DNA from: a virus
Direction: 5' to 3' (one strand)
Virus record (IMG/VR): IMGVR_UViG_3300011335_000775
Coordinates: 1 to 64,000 of that record
Length of the DNA: 64,000 bases
Shown here: positions 18,929 to 28,923 of the stretch, in pieces
Numbering within the stretch: the first letter of the stretch is position 1
Layout of the letters: the number at the start of each line of letters is the position of its first letter
Program-made: the position numbers and the translations under genes
The notes under the pieces: model-generated
Databases searched by the model: none
What the model saw: only the letters and a program-made list of their open reading frames with translations
What the model was told of the DNA's origin: nothing

Positions 18929-19948
18929 ATGAGCGCAATTCGTATTATCCGCGGCGAGTATCGCGGCAAGTCTGTTAAAAACCAAAGCTTCACGCTGATT
19001 AACGGGTTCCAAACAGGTGCCAAGGGCGGCTTTGTCACAGTGCAAAATGACGGACACTTTCCCAACTGCCCTGCTGCTGTTCGCATCCGTGTTGATGCTA
19101 TCTCTGATTACGAGATGGTGAATGGTGACAGCGTACATACGCCCGCAGTGCCTGTGGCATCTTTTGTGGCAGAAACTGAAGAAGCTGCAATGGATCGTAT
19201 CCGTGAGCGTTTTGAGATTCTAACCGAAATGACCAAGGCTGCTATAGGTGGTGATATCCGTGCAATGATTGTAAGCGGCCCCCCGGGCGTGGGCAAGAGC
19301 TTTGGGGTTGAGCAAGAAATTGACAAGGCCACACTGTTTGACAAGATTGCAGGCAAGCGTCTTCGTGCAGAAGTTGTCAAAGGTTCTGCAACTCCTATTG
19401 GCCTGTATCAAACTCTGTACAAGTACAGCGACGAAAACTGTGTACTGGTGTTTGATGACTGCGACAGCATTCTCGTTGACGACGTTGCATTGAACTTGCT
19501 GAAAGGTGCCCTGGACTCGGGCAAGAAGCGTAAGATTTCTTGGTTAGCTGAGAGCTCCACACTGCGTCGTGAAGGCATCCCAGATCAATTTGACTTCAAA
19601 GGCTCGGTAATCTTTATCACCAATTTGAAGTTTGAAACAATGAAATCGCAGAAGCTACGCGATCACCTGGATGCACTGCAAAGTCGTTGCCACTACTTGG
19701 ATTTGACGCTGGATACCATGCGTGACAAGATCTTGCGTATTCGTCAAATTGCAAAAGATGGCGTGTTGTTCAAGGACTACGAGTTTGAGACTGAAACTCA
19801 AGACGCAATCATTGAGTTCATGGACAAGAATCAAAATCGTCTGCGCGAGATGAGCCTGCGTATGGCATTGAAGATTGCTGATCTGCGCAAACTCAGCGAA
19901 GGCAACTGGAAACGTCTAGCAGAAACAACTTGCATGAAAGCAGCCTAA
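18929..19948 (+). CDS. AAA+ family ATPase
   Basis: Walker A GPPGVGKS, Walker B VLVFDDCD, IFITN, ALQSRC. Confidence 0.8.
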   Translation: MSAIRIIRGEYRGKSVKNQSFTLINGFQTGAKGGFVTVQNDGHFPNCPAAVRIRVDAISDYEMVNGDSVHTPAVPVASFVAETEEAAMDRIRERFEILTEMTKAAIGGDIRAMIVSGPPGVGKSFGVEQEIDKATLFDKIAGKRLRAEVVKGSATPIGLYQTLYKYSDENCVLVFDDCDSILVDDVALNLLKGALDSGKKRKISWLAESSTLRREGIPDQFDFKGSVIFITNLKFETMKSQKLRDHLDALQSRCHYLDLTLDTMRDKILRIRQIAKDGVLFKDYEFETETQDAIIEFMDKNQNRLREMSLRMALKIADLRKLSEGNWKRLAETTCMKAA

Positions 19949-19953
19949 AGGGT

Positions 19954-20103
19954 ATGAGTGCCATGGATTGGTCAGTGGTGTTTATGTTGTTGCAAGGCTG
20001 GCTGGCCAAAGGCAGTTTTGAACGACAGCAAAATACATTTGGCTGGTTTTGGATATGCCTGAGCGCATGGGAGTTGGCCAAGATATTGAATTTGATATTT
20101 TAA
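19954..20103 (+). CDS. Small hydrophobic protein (49 aa)
   Basis: Hand-translated MSAMDWSVVFMLLQGWLAKGSFERQQNTFGWFWICLSAWELAKILNLIF; fills the gap after the ATPase. Confidence 0.45.
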   Translation: MSAMDWSVVFMLLQGWLAKGSFERQQNTFGWFWICLSAWELAKILNLIF

Positions 20104-20112
20104 GGAAACTGT

Positions 20113-20220
20113 ATGTACGAGATTTGGGATGGTGAATTATTTTTGTATGCTGTGGATACTAAGTACGAAGCTGATGAAGCTGTGGAAGCTGGGTTTCAAA
20201 TTCAGATCCGTACCAATTGA
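20113..20220 (+). CDS. Small hypothetical protein (35 aa)
   Basis: AAGGA RBS; MYEIWDGELFLYAVDTKYEADEAVEAGFQIQIRTN. Confidence 0.55.
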   Translation: MYEIWDGELFLYAVDTKYEADEAVEAGFQIQIRTN

Positions 20221-20280
20221 AATTTTGGGCTAGTCCCAAATAGAGTCGCCGAAGTTTTTCTAGCCCAGCGACTCTTTTAT

Positions 20281-20306
20281 ACAGGCACTTTGGTGCCTGT
20301 TTTTTT
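20281..20306 (+). terminator. Rho-independent terminator
   Basis: ACAGGCAC-TTTG-GTGCCTGT followed by T run; overlaps the -35 TTGACT at 20305. Confidence 0.8.
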
Positions 20307-20340
20307 GACTTTTTCTTTTGTATATGTTACTATATACGTT

Positions 20341-21465
20341 ATGCCTTTTTGTTATGCTCCTTGGACTAATTTAGACATCAGTCCGCAAGGTGACATCATG
20401 CCGTGCTGCAAGTATGTTCCTGATGTCAATGATAAACCATTTAATCTGCAAACTCATTCACTTAGTGAATATAGCGGCAGCGCCTTTCTGCAACAAATTA
20501 AACAAGAGTTTGTGAAAGATCAATGGCCGACGGGATGTGTGCGTTGTCAAATTGACGAACAAAACAATATAAAAAGCAAAAGACAATTGGATCATGATCG
20601 ATGGCAGGAACATTTTGCACAGTATCAACTTCACAGTGACCAATGGATTACTGCTAGCATTGCATTTGGGAATACTTGTAATTTAAAATGTATCACCTGC
20701 AATAGCTATAGCAGTAGTCGCTGGCATGACGAATATCTAACGGTATACAATCAGGATATTCAACATGTAAAATTCTATCGACATGATTTTATAGAAACAT
20801 TCTTATCACAAGCCCCGGGTATTATACATTTAGATATACCCGGAGGCGAACCATTTTTAAGTGGAATTAAGGAACAGAAAAAACTGCTAGGGCACTATGT
20901 ACAAACTAAGCAAGCAGCCAATATTTCTTTACACTACACAACCAATACAACAATATTCCCCGACGAAGAATGGTGGAAATTGTGGAGTTATTTTCGTGAA
21001 GTTGATATACAACTCAGCATAGATGGCATAGGAGCAAGATACGAATACATACGCTATCCGGCTGTGTGGAATGTTACTGAAAGTAATGTTCGTAGATATA
21101 TACAACAAGAAAAAGAAATACACAATCTTCGACTCAGTGTAAGCCATACAGTTAGTGCTTACAATATCTTTTATCTTGACGAGTTTTTTAATTGGTGTCA
21201 AAATACAGGGTTACCCAATCCTTGGTTAGGCAGAGTATATTATCCAGATCATATGAAACCCGAAGTATGGGCAGACTCTGCTAGAAATCTAATACAGCAG
21301 CAGCTATTGATCAGCAAACATGATGATGTTAGAACTTGGGCAGGGTTAATGGTGAATGGTGGCAATCAATTCGACGAATTCTGTAAAAGATTGCATCAAC
21401 ATGATCAATATCGTAATTTAAATTTTGTTAACACATTTCCGGAACTAGCACAATACATCAAATGA
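20341..21465 (+). CDS. Radical SAM protein with N-terminal SPASM/twitch-like domain
   Basis: FCYAPW...PCC...C..C; CNLKCITC (CxxxCxxC); GGEPF; TTN; SIDG; start behind TTGACT-17-TACTAT. Confidence 0.85.
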   Translation: MPFCYAPWTNLDISPQGDIMPCCKYVPDVNDKPFNLQTHSLSEYSGSAFLQQIKQEFVKDQWPTGCVRCQIDEQNNIKSKRQLDHDRWQEHFAQYQLHSDQWITASIAFGNTCNLKCITCNSYSSSRWHDEYLTVYNQDIQHVKFYRHDFIETFLSQAPGIIHLDIPGGEPFLSGIKEQKKLLGHYVQTKQAANISLHYTTNTTIFPDEEWWKLWSYFREVDIQLSIDGIGARYEYIRYPAVWNVTESNVRRYIQQEKEIHNLRLSVSHTVSAYNIFYLDEFFNWCQNTGLPNPWLGRVYYPDHMKPEVWADSARNLIQQQLLISKHDDVRTWAGLMVNGGNQFDEFCKRLHQHDQYRNLNFVNTFPELAQYIK

Positions 21466-22919
21466 AAAAAGCAACAATAACCATACGAGATGAAGTCAAT
21501 ATCAAGATTGAAGGCCTGGATCTTGATACTCGCAGAGATCTAGTAAAGAAATTCAAGTATGATGTGCCTTATGCACGTTATCTACCAGCAGTGAGACTGG
21601 GACGATGGGATGGCAAAGTAGCATACTTCCAACTGGGCGGCAGCACCTATGTAAATTTACTACCCGAAATCTTGCCCATACTAGACAAACACAATTATGA
21701 CATCGAGCTAGATGATCAACGTACCTACACCACAACATTTGAATTTGATCAAGTACACGAACACAGCTATGCACACAAGATGTGGCCGGCAAATCATCAG
21801 ATGGCAGGACAACCTATCACCATGCGAGACTATCAAGTGGAGATTGTGAACAACTTTTTAGCCAACCCGCAATGCTTACAAGAAGTAGCAACAGGCGCAG
21901 GCAAAACCATCATGACAGCGGTACTGAGTGATGCAGTCAGCAAGTATGGTCGCAGCATTGTTATTGTACCTAACAAAAGTCTTGTGACACAAACAGAAAA
22001 AGACTACATCAACATGGGACTAGATGTAGGTGTTTACTTTGGTGACAGAAAAGAATACGGTCGCAGTCATACCATCTGCACTTGGCAAAGCCTAAACAAT
22101 CTCATGAAGAATACCAAGAATGGTGTGGGTGAATGTACCATCCAGGAATTCCTGACAGATGTTGTGTGCGTCATTGTTGATGAAGTACACATGGCCAAGG
22201 CAGATGCATTAAAAACCCTGCTGACCACAGTGATGGCGCAAGTGCCAATTCGCTGGGGATTGACCGGAACTATTCCCAAAGAAGCATTTGAAAGCCAAGC
22301 ATTGTTGGTAAGTTTGGGACCAGTGATTTCAAAATTAGCTGCAAGTGAATTGCAAGATCGTGGTGTGCTGGCACAGTGTCATGTGAACATAGTGCAACTG
22401 GTGGATATTCGAGAGCACAAAACTTATCAAGAAGAATTAAAATATCTATTGGAAGAGTCCGGCAGGCTAGATGCCATTGCTCAATTGGTATTACAAGTAA
22501 ACGAAACTGGTAATACCCTAGTACTGGTAGATCGCGTGGCACCCGGGCATGAATTAGTTTCCAGGCTGGGTGATCAAGCAGTATTTGTGTCGGGCGCAAC
22601 CAAAGGAACCAAGCGACAAGAAGAATATGACGAAGTGGCCACAGCTACAGGAAAGATCATTGTGGCCACATATGGTGTGGCTGCTGTGGGTATCAACATA
22701 CCACGCATCTTTAACTTGGTAATGATTGAATCAGGTAAAAGTTTTACCAGAGTGATTCAATCAATTGGGCGTGGTATCAGAAAAGCAGAAGACAAGGATC
22801 ATGTGCAAATTTGGGATATCACTAGCACTTGCAAATTCAGCAAACGGCATTTGGTCAAACGCAAGGCCTATTATAACGATGCTAACTATCCGTACACTCA
22901 AGAAAAATTACAATGGTAA
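21462..22919 (+). CDS. uvsW: SF2 DNA helicase UvsW-like
   Basis: MRDYQ, ATGAGKT, IVDEVH, GLTGT, GINIP, IQSIGRGIR. Confidence 0.9.
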   Translation: MKKATITIRDEVNIKIEGLDLDTRRDLVKKFKYDVPYARYLPAVRLGRWDGKVAYFQLGGSTYVNLLPEILPILDKHNYDIELDDQRTYTTTFEFDQVHEHSYAHKMWPANHQMAGQPITMRDYQVEIVNNFLANPQCLQEVATGAGKTIMTAVLSDAVSKYGRSIVIVPNKSLVTQTEKDYINMGLDVGVYFGDRKEYGRSHTICTWQSLNNLMKNTKNGVGECTIQEFLTDVVCVIVDEVHMAKADALKTLLTTVMAQVPIRWGLTGTIPKEAFESQALLVSLGPVISKLAASELQDRGVLAQCHVNIVQLVDIREHKTYQEELKYLLEESGRLDAIAQLVLQVNETGNTLVLVDRVAPGHELVSRLGDQAVFVSGATKGTKRQEEYDEVATATGKIIVATYGVAAVGINIPRIFNLVMIESGKSFTRVIQSIGRGIRKAEDKDHVQIWDITSTCKFSKRHLVKRKAYYNDANYPYTQEKLQW

Positions 22920-22959
22920 TAAGGTTGCATTTTTATAAAAAATACAGTACAATAAACTC

Positions 22960-23460
22960 ATGCGTATATTAACCCTCGACAACCGGCCTTATGATCTCAC
23001 ACATTTACCTGAAGAGGTTGATGATATGAGATTTGCCATATTAGATAATTCAGATCCAGCCAATCCAGACTATCATTACATACCATTGATCTTTTTGGAA
23101 AGTTTTAATGCTCCGGCATTGGTATTACAAATAGGTGAAGTCAGAATCAAAATGCCAATGGACTGGCAAGTACTGATTGGAGAACCTGATGTAGGCGATT
23201 TAGAAATGCTGCCATTGACCAGCATAAATGATCGTGGATTTAAACTGTTTCAATTCAACCCTCTAAGCAGTTTCCGCCCGAGTTTTCCACCCATTGAAAT
23301 TGTGGATGTGTATCAAGAAGTAGCATGGTATGCACCCAAGCTCAAGAATGGGCAGATGCTGTGTGTACCAATCAATGATGCACCTCACCCCGACTGTGTG
23401 TACTTTGTCAAAGACATCAGCCGTAACTGTGAGATCGTTGATTACAATAAAGCGTGGTAA
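22960..23460 (+). CDS. Hypothetical protein
   Basis: 166-aa ORF behind TTGCAT-17-TACAAT. Confidence 0.7.
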   Translation: MRILTLDNRPYDLTHLPEEVDDMRFAILDNSDPANPDYHYIPLIFLESFNAPALVLQIGEVRIKMPMDWQVLIGEPDVGDLEMLPLTSINDRGFKLFQFNPLSSFRPSFPPIEIVDVYQEVAWYAPKLKNGQMLCVPINDAPHPDCVYFVKDISRNCEIVDYNKAW

Positions 23461-23463
23461 AAT

Positions 23464-24276
23464 ATGTCAGCATTGTCTTTTAAAGAAAAACTTAAAAATT
23501 TTCCGTCAGTTAATTATACCAGCCTGCGCGAAAGCACGGATCGTCGATTGTATATGCAATATCAATTTGATTACTATGGCATAACCAATCACAATGTGTA
23601 TCTAACTGAAAGATTTAATAAAATTTCAGACTACGTACAAGTATCCGGCACCGGACTTGGCATGCCCGAAGTACATAATCAAATGGGAACTATAATTTCT
23701 CATCTTAATCTAATGAGAAATTGGTATGTATCAACCGACGAAGAATATGCTATTTTTTGTGAAGATGATACCAGTTTTGAAAGCATAAAGCATTGGAATT
23801 TCACATGGGACGAGTTTGTACAACATCTTCCTGAAGGATGGAATGGAGTACAACTAACCAAGGTTCAGATGCCTTATTGTAACCCAGCCGGCGAATCAAA
23901 CTTGGCACTCAAACTCACACGTGGACGCTGGTGGGGAGCATATTCGTTGTTTCGCCGCTCTTATGTTAAACTTCTATTGGACAACGTGTGTCGTGGTTAT
24001 AACAGCTACCAGTTGGATTCTATCAATATTGAAGGAGTTCAGTACGGCCCTATTGTGGAAAATTTACTGTATTTGCAATCAGGCAGGATATTTAATTTTC
24101 CAATGTTGGTCGAAAATGACAATCTCAGCACTACTTTTGAAAACAAAGTTGTAATTACAGAAGGTGCCAAAGTTGCAAATGACGCACAGTATTGGTCGCA
24201 TCGGGTGGTTGCTGAACAATGGCGGCTGAATGGAGCAACTTTAGATCTTAAAGATGCTATGACATTACCCAACTGA
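23464..24276 (+). CDS. GT25-like glycosyltransferase
   Basis: SL..S.DRR, G...SHL, AIFCEDD, LP.GW..VQL. Confidence 0.65.
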   Translation: MSALSFKEKLKNFPSVNYTSLRESTDRRLYMQYQFDYYGITNHNVYLTERFNKISDYVQVSGTGLGMPEVHNQMGTIISHLNLMRNWYVSTDEEYAIFCEDDTSFESIKHWNFTWDEFVQHLPEGWNGVQLTKVQMPYCNPAGESNLALKLTRGRWWGAYSLFRRSYVKLLLDNVCRGYNSYQLDSINIEGVQYGPIVENLLYLQSGRIFNFPMLVENDNLSTTFENKVVITEGAKVANDAQYWSHRVVAEQWRLNGATLDLKDAMTLPN

Positions 24277-24279
24277 TTT

Positions 24280-24519
24280 ATGCCAGTTTTTGAAAGTCCA
24301 GATAGAGGCAATACAATATACTCAAGAGAGCCTGGATCTGATCAACGTGAGTTAATCAACATGCCTGATGCTAGAACACATGATGGAAGACCCATGCATG
24401 AACACATCATGGAATCAAAACTGTGGGGTAACATTCGCAGAGCAGCCGAGACCAATCCTGCTTTACAAGATGCGCTGGAACGTGCTATAATGATCTATCA
24501 CTTGACTAAGACAAAATGA
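24280..24519 (+). CDS. Hypothetical protein
   Basis: 79 aa, FESPD.G.TIY.R motif, tightly packed in operon. Confidence 0.65.
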   Translation: MPVFESPDRGNTIYSREPGSDQRELINMPDARTHDGRPMHEHIMESKLWGNIRRAAETNPALQDALERAIMIYHLTKTK

Positions 24520-25133
24520 GCAATAATTACAATTTGTATATGACACAGGTACCCGGGCAAGATACTTGGCAACATATTGACGATAATTTTTTACATCTAT
24601 GTAAAAATAAATCCGTGGTGGAGGTAGGTCCATTCTCCGGCTGGATTAGTGAACGTATTATAAAACATCGTCCAACTAATTTTATATTGATTGAGGCAAA
24701 TAAGCAGTCAGTTGACCAGTTAAAATTAAATCCCAATTTAGCATCATGCAAAATAATACTGGGTGATATGCATTATGATTTAAATCAAGTTGGGCAAGTT
24801 GATGTAGCTATTGTGTTAGGAGTAATTTATCATAGCCATGCTCCATTGTTGTTGTTAGAAGAACTAGTAAACTATTGTAATCCGCAAACTATACTAATTG
24901 ACTCTCCAGGTATGAAACTAATTTGGTATCAAGAAATCACAAACTCTCCAGGCATGAGATATGTTGTGTCCGACAGAAAAACTTGTGGTATTGTAATAGA
25001 GATTGATGAAGAATTGCTAACAACAGCTATGACAAATCTTGGTTATCAATTGCATACAAAACAAATTTTACCTGAAAATTTAAGTTTGAAAGCAAATTGG
25101 CCAGTATATCAATTTGAAAAAGTCAATGGATAA
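24516..25133 (+). CDS. Class I SAM methyltransferase
   Basis: SVVEVGPFSG, LIEAN, LGVIYH..PL; AT-rich. Confidence 0.7.
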   Translation: MSNNYNLYMTQVPGQDTWQHIDDNFLHLCKNKSVVEVGPFSGWISERIIKHRPTNFILIEANKQSVDQLKLNPNLASCKIILGDMHYDLNQVGQVDVAIVLGVIYHSHAPLLLLEELVNYCNPQTILIDSPGMKLIWYQEITNSPGMRYVVSDRKTCGIVIEIDEELLTTAMTNLGYQLHTKQILPENLSLKANWPVYQFEKVNG

Positions 25134-25566
25134 ACTAAATATCATCAATGAGATGCGGCAAATGGATGCGAAGAACCGAGCATTCTATGATGAACTCACA
25201 CCCGAAGAACTCAAGAAGTTTTCAACGTTTCTTATGGTACGTTGGGGTAGCACAGTTGATGGCAGTAGGGAAATACAAGAATACTACGTGCAGAGTGTGA
25301 ATCACTATCTAAACAAACACTTCTTTACCATGCACAAGCATCCCAAACTGCAATGGCTAATGGCCACAGCAGCAAGTCCAGGCATGGGTACTCCGCGGCA
25401 TAATTGGATTTCACTAAAAAAGAAAGAAGGCGGTGATGCAGCCATGAAGAAGCAATTGAGAGAACTGTATCCGCATTTTAAAGAAGATGAAATTGATTTG
25501 ATGGTCGCAATGACTACTAAAAAAGAAGTCACACAACTTGTACGTGACCATGGCGACTTCAAGTAA
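25126..25566 (+). CDS. Putative clamp loader small subunit (gp62-like)
   Basis: FSTFLMVRW, N.YLNKHFF, HPKLQW, H.WI..KK, L.ELYP..K..E resemble gp62-type proteins. Confidence 0.5.
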   Translation: MDKLNIINEMRQMDAKNRAFYDELTPEELKKFSTFLMVRWGSTVDGSREIQEYYVQSVNHYLNKHFFTMHKHPKLQWLMATAASPGMGTPRHNWISLKKKEGGDAAMKKQLRELYPHFKEDEIDLMVAMTTKKEVTQLVRDHGDFK

Positions 25567-26236
25567 TTTTACATGTCGATATTGTGAACGATCATTCAGC
25601 AAAGAATCTTCGCTGAGCGTACATGTGTGTGAACAGAAAAAAAGATATCAAGAATCCAGCGAACGTGGTGTGCAATTGGGTCTGCAAGGATACTTAAAGT
25701 TCTACGAATACACTCAAGGATCAGCCAAACTAAAAGCCTGGGATGACTTTGCTAAGTCTCCATACTATCGTGCATTTGCTAAATGGGGTCGATATTGTGT
25801 AAACGTTAAGGTAATCAACCCAGTGAGATTCCTGGAATGGTTGTTGAAGAACAACAAAAAGATTGACAACTGGTGCAGTGATAAACTATACACAGAGTAT
25901 CTAGTAGAGTATGTATGTCGCGAAGCAGTAGATGATGCATTGGCTCGTGCTATTGAACACGGTATTGACTGGAGTGAAAAACAAAATGCGCCAGCACATG
26001 ATTGTTTGAGATATGGTAGTATCAATGCCACATGCTATGCAGTTACCACTGGCAGGATAAGTGCTTGGGTGATCTACAACAGTGAATCAGGGCAAAAGTT
26101 CTTGAGTGAACTAAATGCAGAGCAAGTCACAATGATATGGCCTTATATTGATTCAGACATATGGCAAAAGAAGTTTGCGGATTATCCAGCAGATCAAGAG
26201 TATGCAAAAGAAATTTTAACACAAGCAGGATGGTAA
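25550..26236 (+). CDS. Hypothetical protein with N-terminal C2H-C zinc finger
   Basis: FTCRYCERSFSKESSLSVHVCE. Confidence 0.65.
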   Translation: MATSSNFTCRYCERSFSKESSLSVHVCEQKKRYQESSERGVQLGLQGYLKFYEYTQGSAKLKAWDDFAKSPYYRAFAKWGRYCVNVKVINPVRFLEWLLKNNKKIDNWCSDKLYTEYLVEYVCREAVDDALARAIEHGIDWSEKQNAPAHDCLRYGSINATCYAVTTGRISAWVIYNSESGQKFLSELNAEQVTMIWPYIDSDIWQKKFADYPADQEYAKEILTQAGW

Positions 26237-27330
26237 TGAAAACATTTGAAATTAATTTAGTGCCCGGCATCCAAGGCAACATCTATAAACTGCGTGATTT
26301 CTTTTCTCGATATCAAGTTTGGAAAGATTATAATGCGTTTTTTAATCACTCTTCAGAAAAAATTTTAGACATAAAGTATAGTGAAACTGGAATACCTTGT
26401 TTTCATTTTTCTGAGATTGATAAAATAAATCAGTGCAAAGAACCAATTGTGGTAATTGATTGCATATCTGAAGGCAAACATGCAGCATGCTGGTTTAATC
26501 AATACAACACAAACAAACACTATATTATATTTGCCTCTGAAGGATACTGTAGTCGATCACAGGCACCAGCGTTTAATTTACTGATAAATTATACCTGGAT
26601 AACATACTACTCTCCTCTTTTCAAAATAGCTATGACAAACAATGACCCGATGTATATCTGTTTTTATCAAGGAAATGAATATCAATTTGATACTCCAAAA
26701 TCTGTGAGATTTGTGTCTACCACTGGCACAGTTCGTTACCCACGAACCTATCTCAAAGATCAGTTATTGAAAAAAATCAAATACACAAATTTTATTTTTA
26801 GATATAGTGGTGTTGATTTTGGAATGCCGGCAGATTCAATTGATCTAGTCAAGATCGACCCTGGTAATTTTAATCCTTACATATCAATTATGAACAAATA
26901 CGAATACACTCTCGGTGATTCACTGCCTATAAACATGTACAATCAAGCCAATTTTAATCTTTTGGTAGAAACAGATATTGATTATGAGTACGGGTTTTTC
27001 TTGACTGAAAAAATACTCAAATGCCTGATATCCGGAATGCCATTTGTACTAGTTGCCACTCCGTATTTTTTAAAATATCTTAAAGACTTAGGGTTTCATA
27101 CCTACAATGAGTTATGGGATGAAAGTTATGATGATGAGCTAGACTACACCAAACGCATTGACAAAGTGATTGATCTATGCAATAATCTTGACTCATTTGA
27201 CTGGAAAGCAAATCAGTCGGCATTGGAGTTAATTGCATTGAAAAATAGATCTAATTTTCTAAATCTAAATCAAATCATTGATGCTGAATTTCAACAATTT
27301 GAACAGGCAATATTGGAGTTAGTGGAATGA
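26236..27330 (+). CDS. Glycosyltransferase-like protein (TEK...LGF.T...DESYD family)
   Basis: C-terminal NLLVET...LTEKILKCL..GMPF...LKDLGFHTY..LWDESYD; AT-rich. Confidence 0.5.
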   Translation: MKTFEINLVPGIQGNIYKLRDFFSRYQVWKDYNAFFNHSSEKILDIKYSETGIPCFHFSEIDKINQCKEPIVVIDCISEGKHAACWFNQYNTNKHYIIFASEGYCSRSQAPAFNLLINYTWITYYSPLFKIAMTNNDPMYICFYQGNEYQFDTPKSVRFVSTTGTVRYPRTYLKDQLLKKIKYTNFIFRYSGVDFGMPADSIDLVKIDPGNFNPYISIMNKYEYTLGDSLPINMYNQANFNLLVETDIDYEYGFFLTEKILKCLISGMPFVLVATPYFLKYLKDLGFHTYNELWDESYDDELDYTKRIDKVIDLCNNLDSFDWKANQSALELIALKNRSNFLNLNQIIDAEFQQFEQAILELVE

Positions 27331-27677
27331 TCAAAGGATTGCAAGGTGATTCGTATATAGCTGTAAGTGGTGGTGACACTGCTGTGCCGTATGTGACACA
27401 AAATACAAATAATCCCGTGCAAGGTATGATACGAATCAACGGCAATGTCATGGAAGCATTTGACGGGACAAGATGGATAACCATGAATACCAGCTATGCA
27501 ACAGTGATGCTCAAACCCGAATATGCCGTTGTGCTAGACTGGGCAGCAAAGAAGATGCAAGAAGAAAAAGAAATACAAGCATTAGCCGAACGACATCCAG
27601 CAATTGCTGATCTAGTGGATGCAGTGGAAAAAGCACAAGAACAACTGCGAATGACAGCGGCATTGGTAAAAATATGA
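27327..27677 (+). CDS. Hypothetical protein
   Basis: 116 aa, GMIR.NG..MEAFDG.RW, C-terminal coiled coil. Confidence 0.6.
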   Translation: MIKGLQGDSYIAVSGGDTAVPYVTQNTNNPVQGMIRINGNVMEAFDGTRWITMNTSYATVMLKPEYAVVLDWAAKKMQEEKEIQALAERHPAIADLVDAVEKAQEQLRMTAALVKI

Positions 27678-28228
27678 GTGCCGACATTGACATTGACATG
27701 CCAAACCGAGATGCTGTGCTGGCACTGATTCAGCACACTGCCGCACGGCAACACAACGGACGGAAGCACAACTCCGGTATCTATGTGACCGACATCCCCC
27801 GTGATCCTGTGCTAGGATGCGCAGCCATAGATTATGAAACAGCAGAAGCAAGAGGCTATTTCAAGATCGACTTGTTAAACATGAGTGTTTACAGTTTAGT
27901 AAAAGATCCTGCACATTATGAACAACTGCTTGCAGCCACACCACCTTGGGATCAACTGTGGAAGGATCCCGAATGGGCTAAAAAATTAGTACACATCGGC
28001 AACTATACTGATTTGTTGAAAACCATGCAGCCGGATAGTATTCCCAGAATGGCAGCATTTATCAGTGTTATACGTCCAGGAAAAGCACACTTGCAGAATC
28101 AATCTTGGCCAGATGTGTTTAAGTCAGTGTGGGATGGTGATCTCAGCAGAGGATACACATTTAAGAAAGCTCATGCTGTGGGATATGCAGCCCTGGTGGC
28201 ATTGCACATGAATCTAATAGATCTATGA
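27674..28228 (+). CDS. Miniature DNA polymerase III alpha (DnaE)-like protein
   Basis: ADIDID, KHNSGIY, GYFKIDLLN, PDSI..MA..ISVIRPG, GYTFKKAHAVGYA, colinear with DnaE palm/finger motifs. Confidence 0.75.
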   Translation: MSADIDIDMPNRDAVLALIQHTAARQHNGRKHNSGIYVTDIPRDPVLGCAAIDYETAEARGYFKIDLLNMSVYSLVKDPAHYEQLLAATPPWDQLWKDPEWAKKLVHIGNYTDLLKTMQPDSIPRMAAFISVIRPGKAHLQNQSWPDVFKSVWDGDLSRGYTFKKAHAVGYAALVALHMNLIDL

Positions 28229-28923
28229 TAAAGCATTTATATGTAAATGGGTGTTCATTTGTTCGTGATAACAGTATTTCGTTAAACGAGCATTTTGTTG
28301 ATCACATAGCACAACGATACGACTGGACATACACCAATGCCGCATGGCCGGGCAGTTGCAACCGTCGTATCATACGCAATACATTAAAACATTCTTTGGA
28401 GTTTGACGGCAGTACACAGGTTGTAGTGGGGCTATCTGTGATTGAAAGAACTGAGATCAATGTGTATAATAACTGGGATCCAACTGATCCTAGAATGCCT
28501 GGTGAGGATTGGTTTCAAGGCATCAAAATTGACAACACAGGAAATCAGTTTAGAGACTATCGTGAGTCCTGGATAAGAAATTTTAACTCATACGGAGAAG
28601 TTATTAATTTGGCAACAGATGTGTTAGCACTGACTTCGCATTTTAAGATTAGAAATATACCATATCTGATATATGCTCATCTTGACTTATTTCCAAAGAC
28701 GGAAAAGGGCCTGGTATCAGTGCTAGAGTCACATCCAGTATTTCAAGCATTGAGTTGTGACACACAGGTTGTTAATTTGTTGCACGATAGTTTATACCAA
28801 AGATTAAGTCCAGGTAATTGGAGTTATGATCCGTGGCCGCAAGGACATTTAAATCAAGCCGGTCATGCTCATGCAGCTGATGTGATATCGGACCTAATCA
28901 ATACGCCTTACCAGAGTAATTGA
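28225..28923 (+). CDS. SGNH/GDSL-like protein
   Basis: LYVNGCSF, N.A.PGSCN.RI.R, GHLN..GH. Confidence 0.6.
   Translation: MIKHLYVNGCSFVRDNSISLNEHFVDHIAQRYDWTYTNAAWPGSCNRRIIRNTLKHSLEFDGSTQVVVGLSVIERTEINVYNNWDPTDPRMPGEDWFQGIKIDNTGNQFRDYRESWIRNFNSYGEVINLATDVLALTSHFKIRNIPYLIYAHLDLFPKTEKGLVSVLESHPVFQALSCDTQVVNLLHDSLYQRLSPGNWSYDPWPQGHLNQAGHAHAADVISDLINTPYQSN

Noticed and set aside
20224-20275. HDV-like (theta) ribozyme
   Set aside because: No P3/L3, P1.1 or catalytic C-containing J4/2 on either strand
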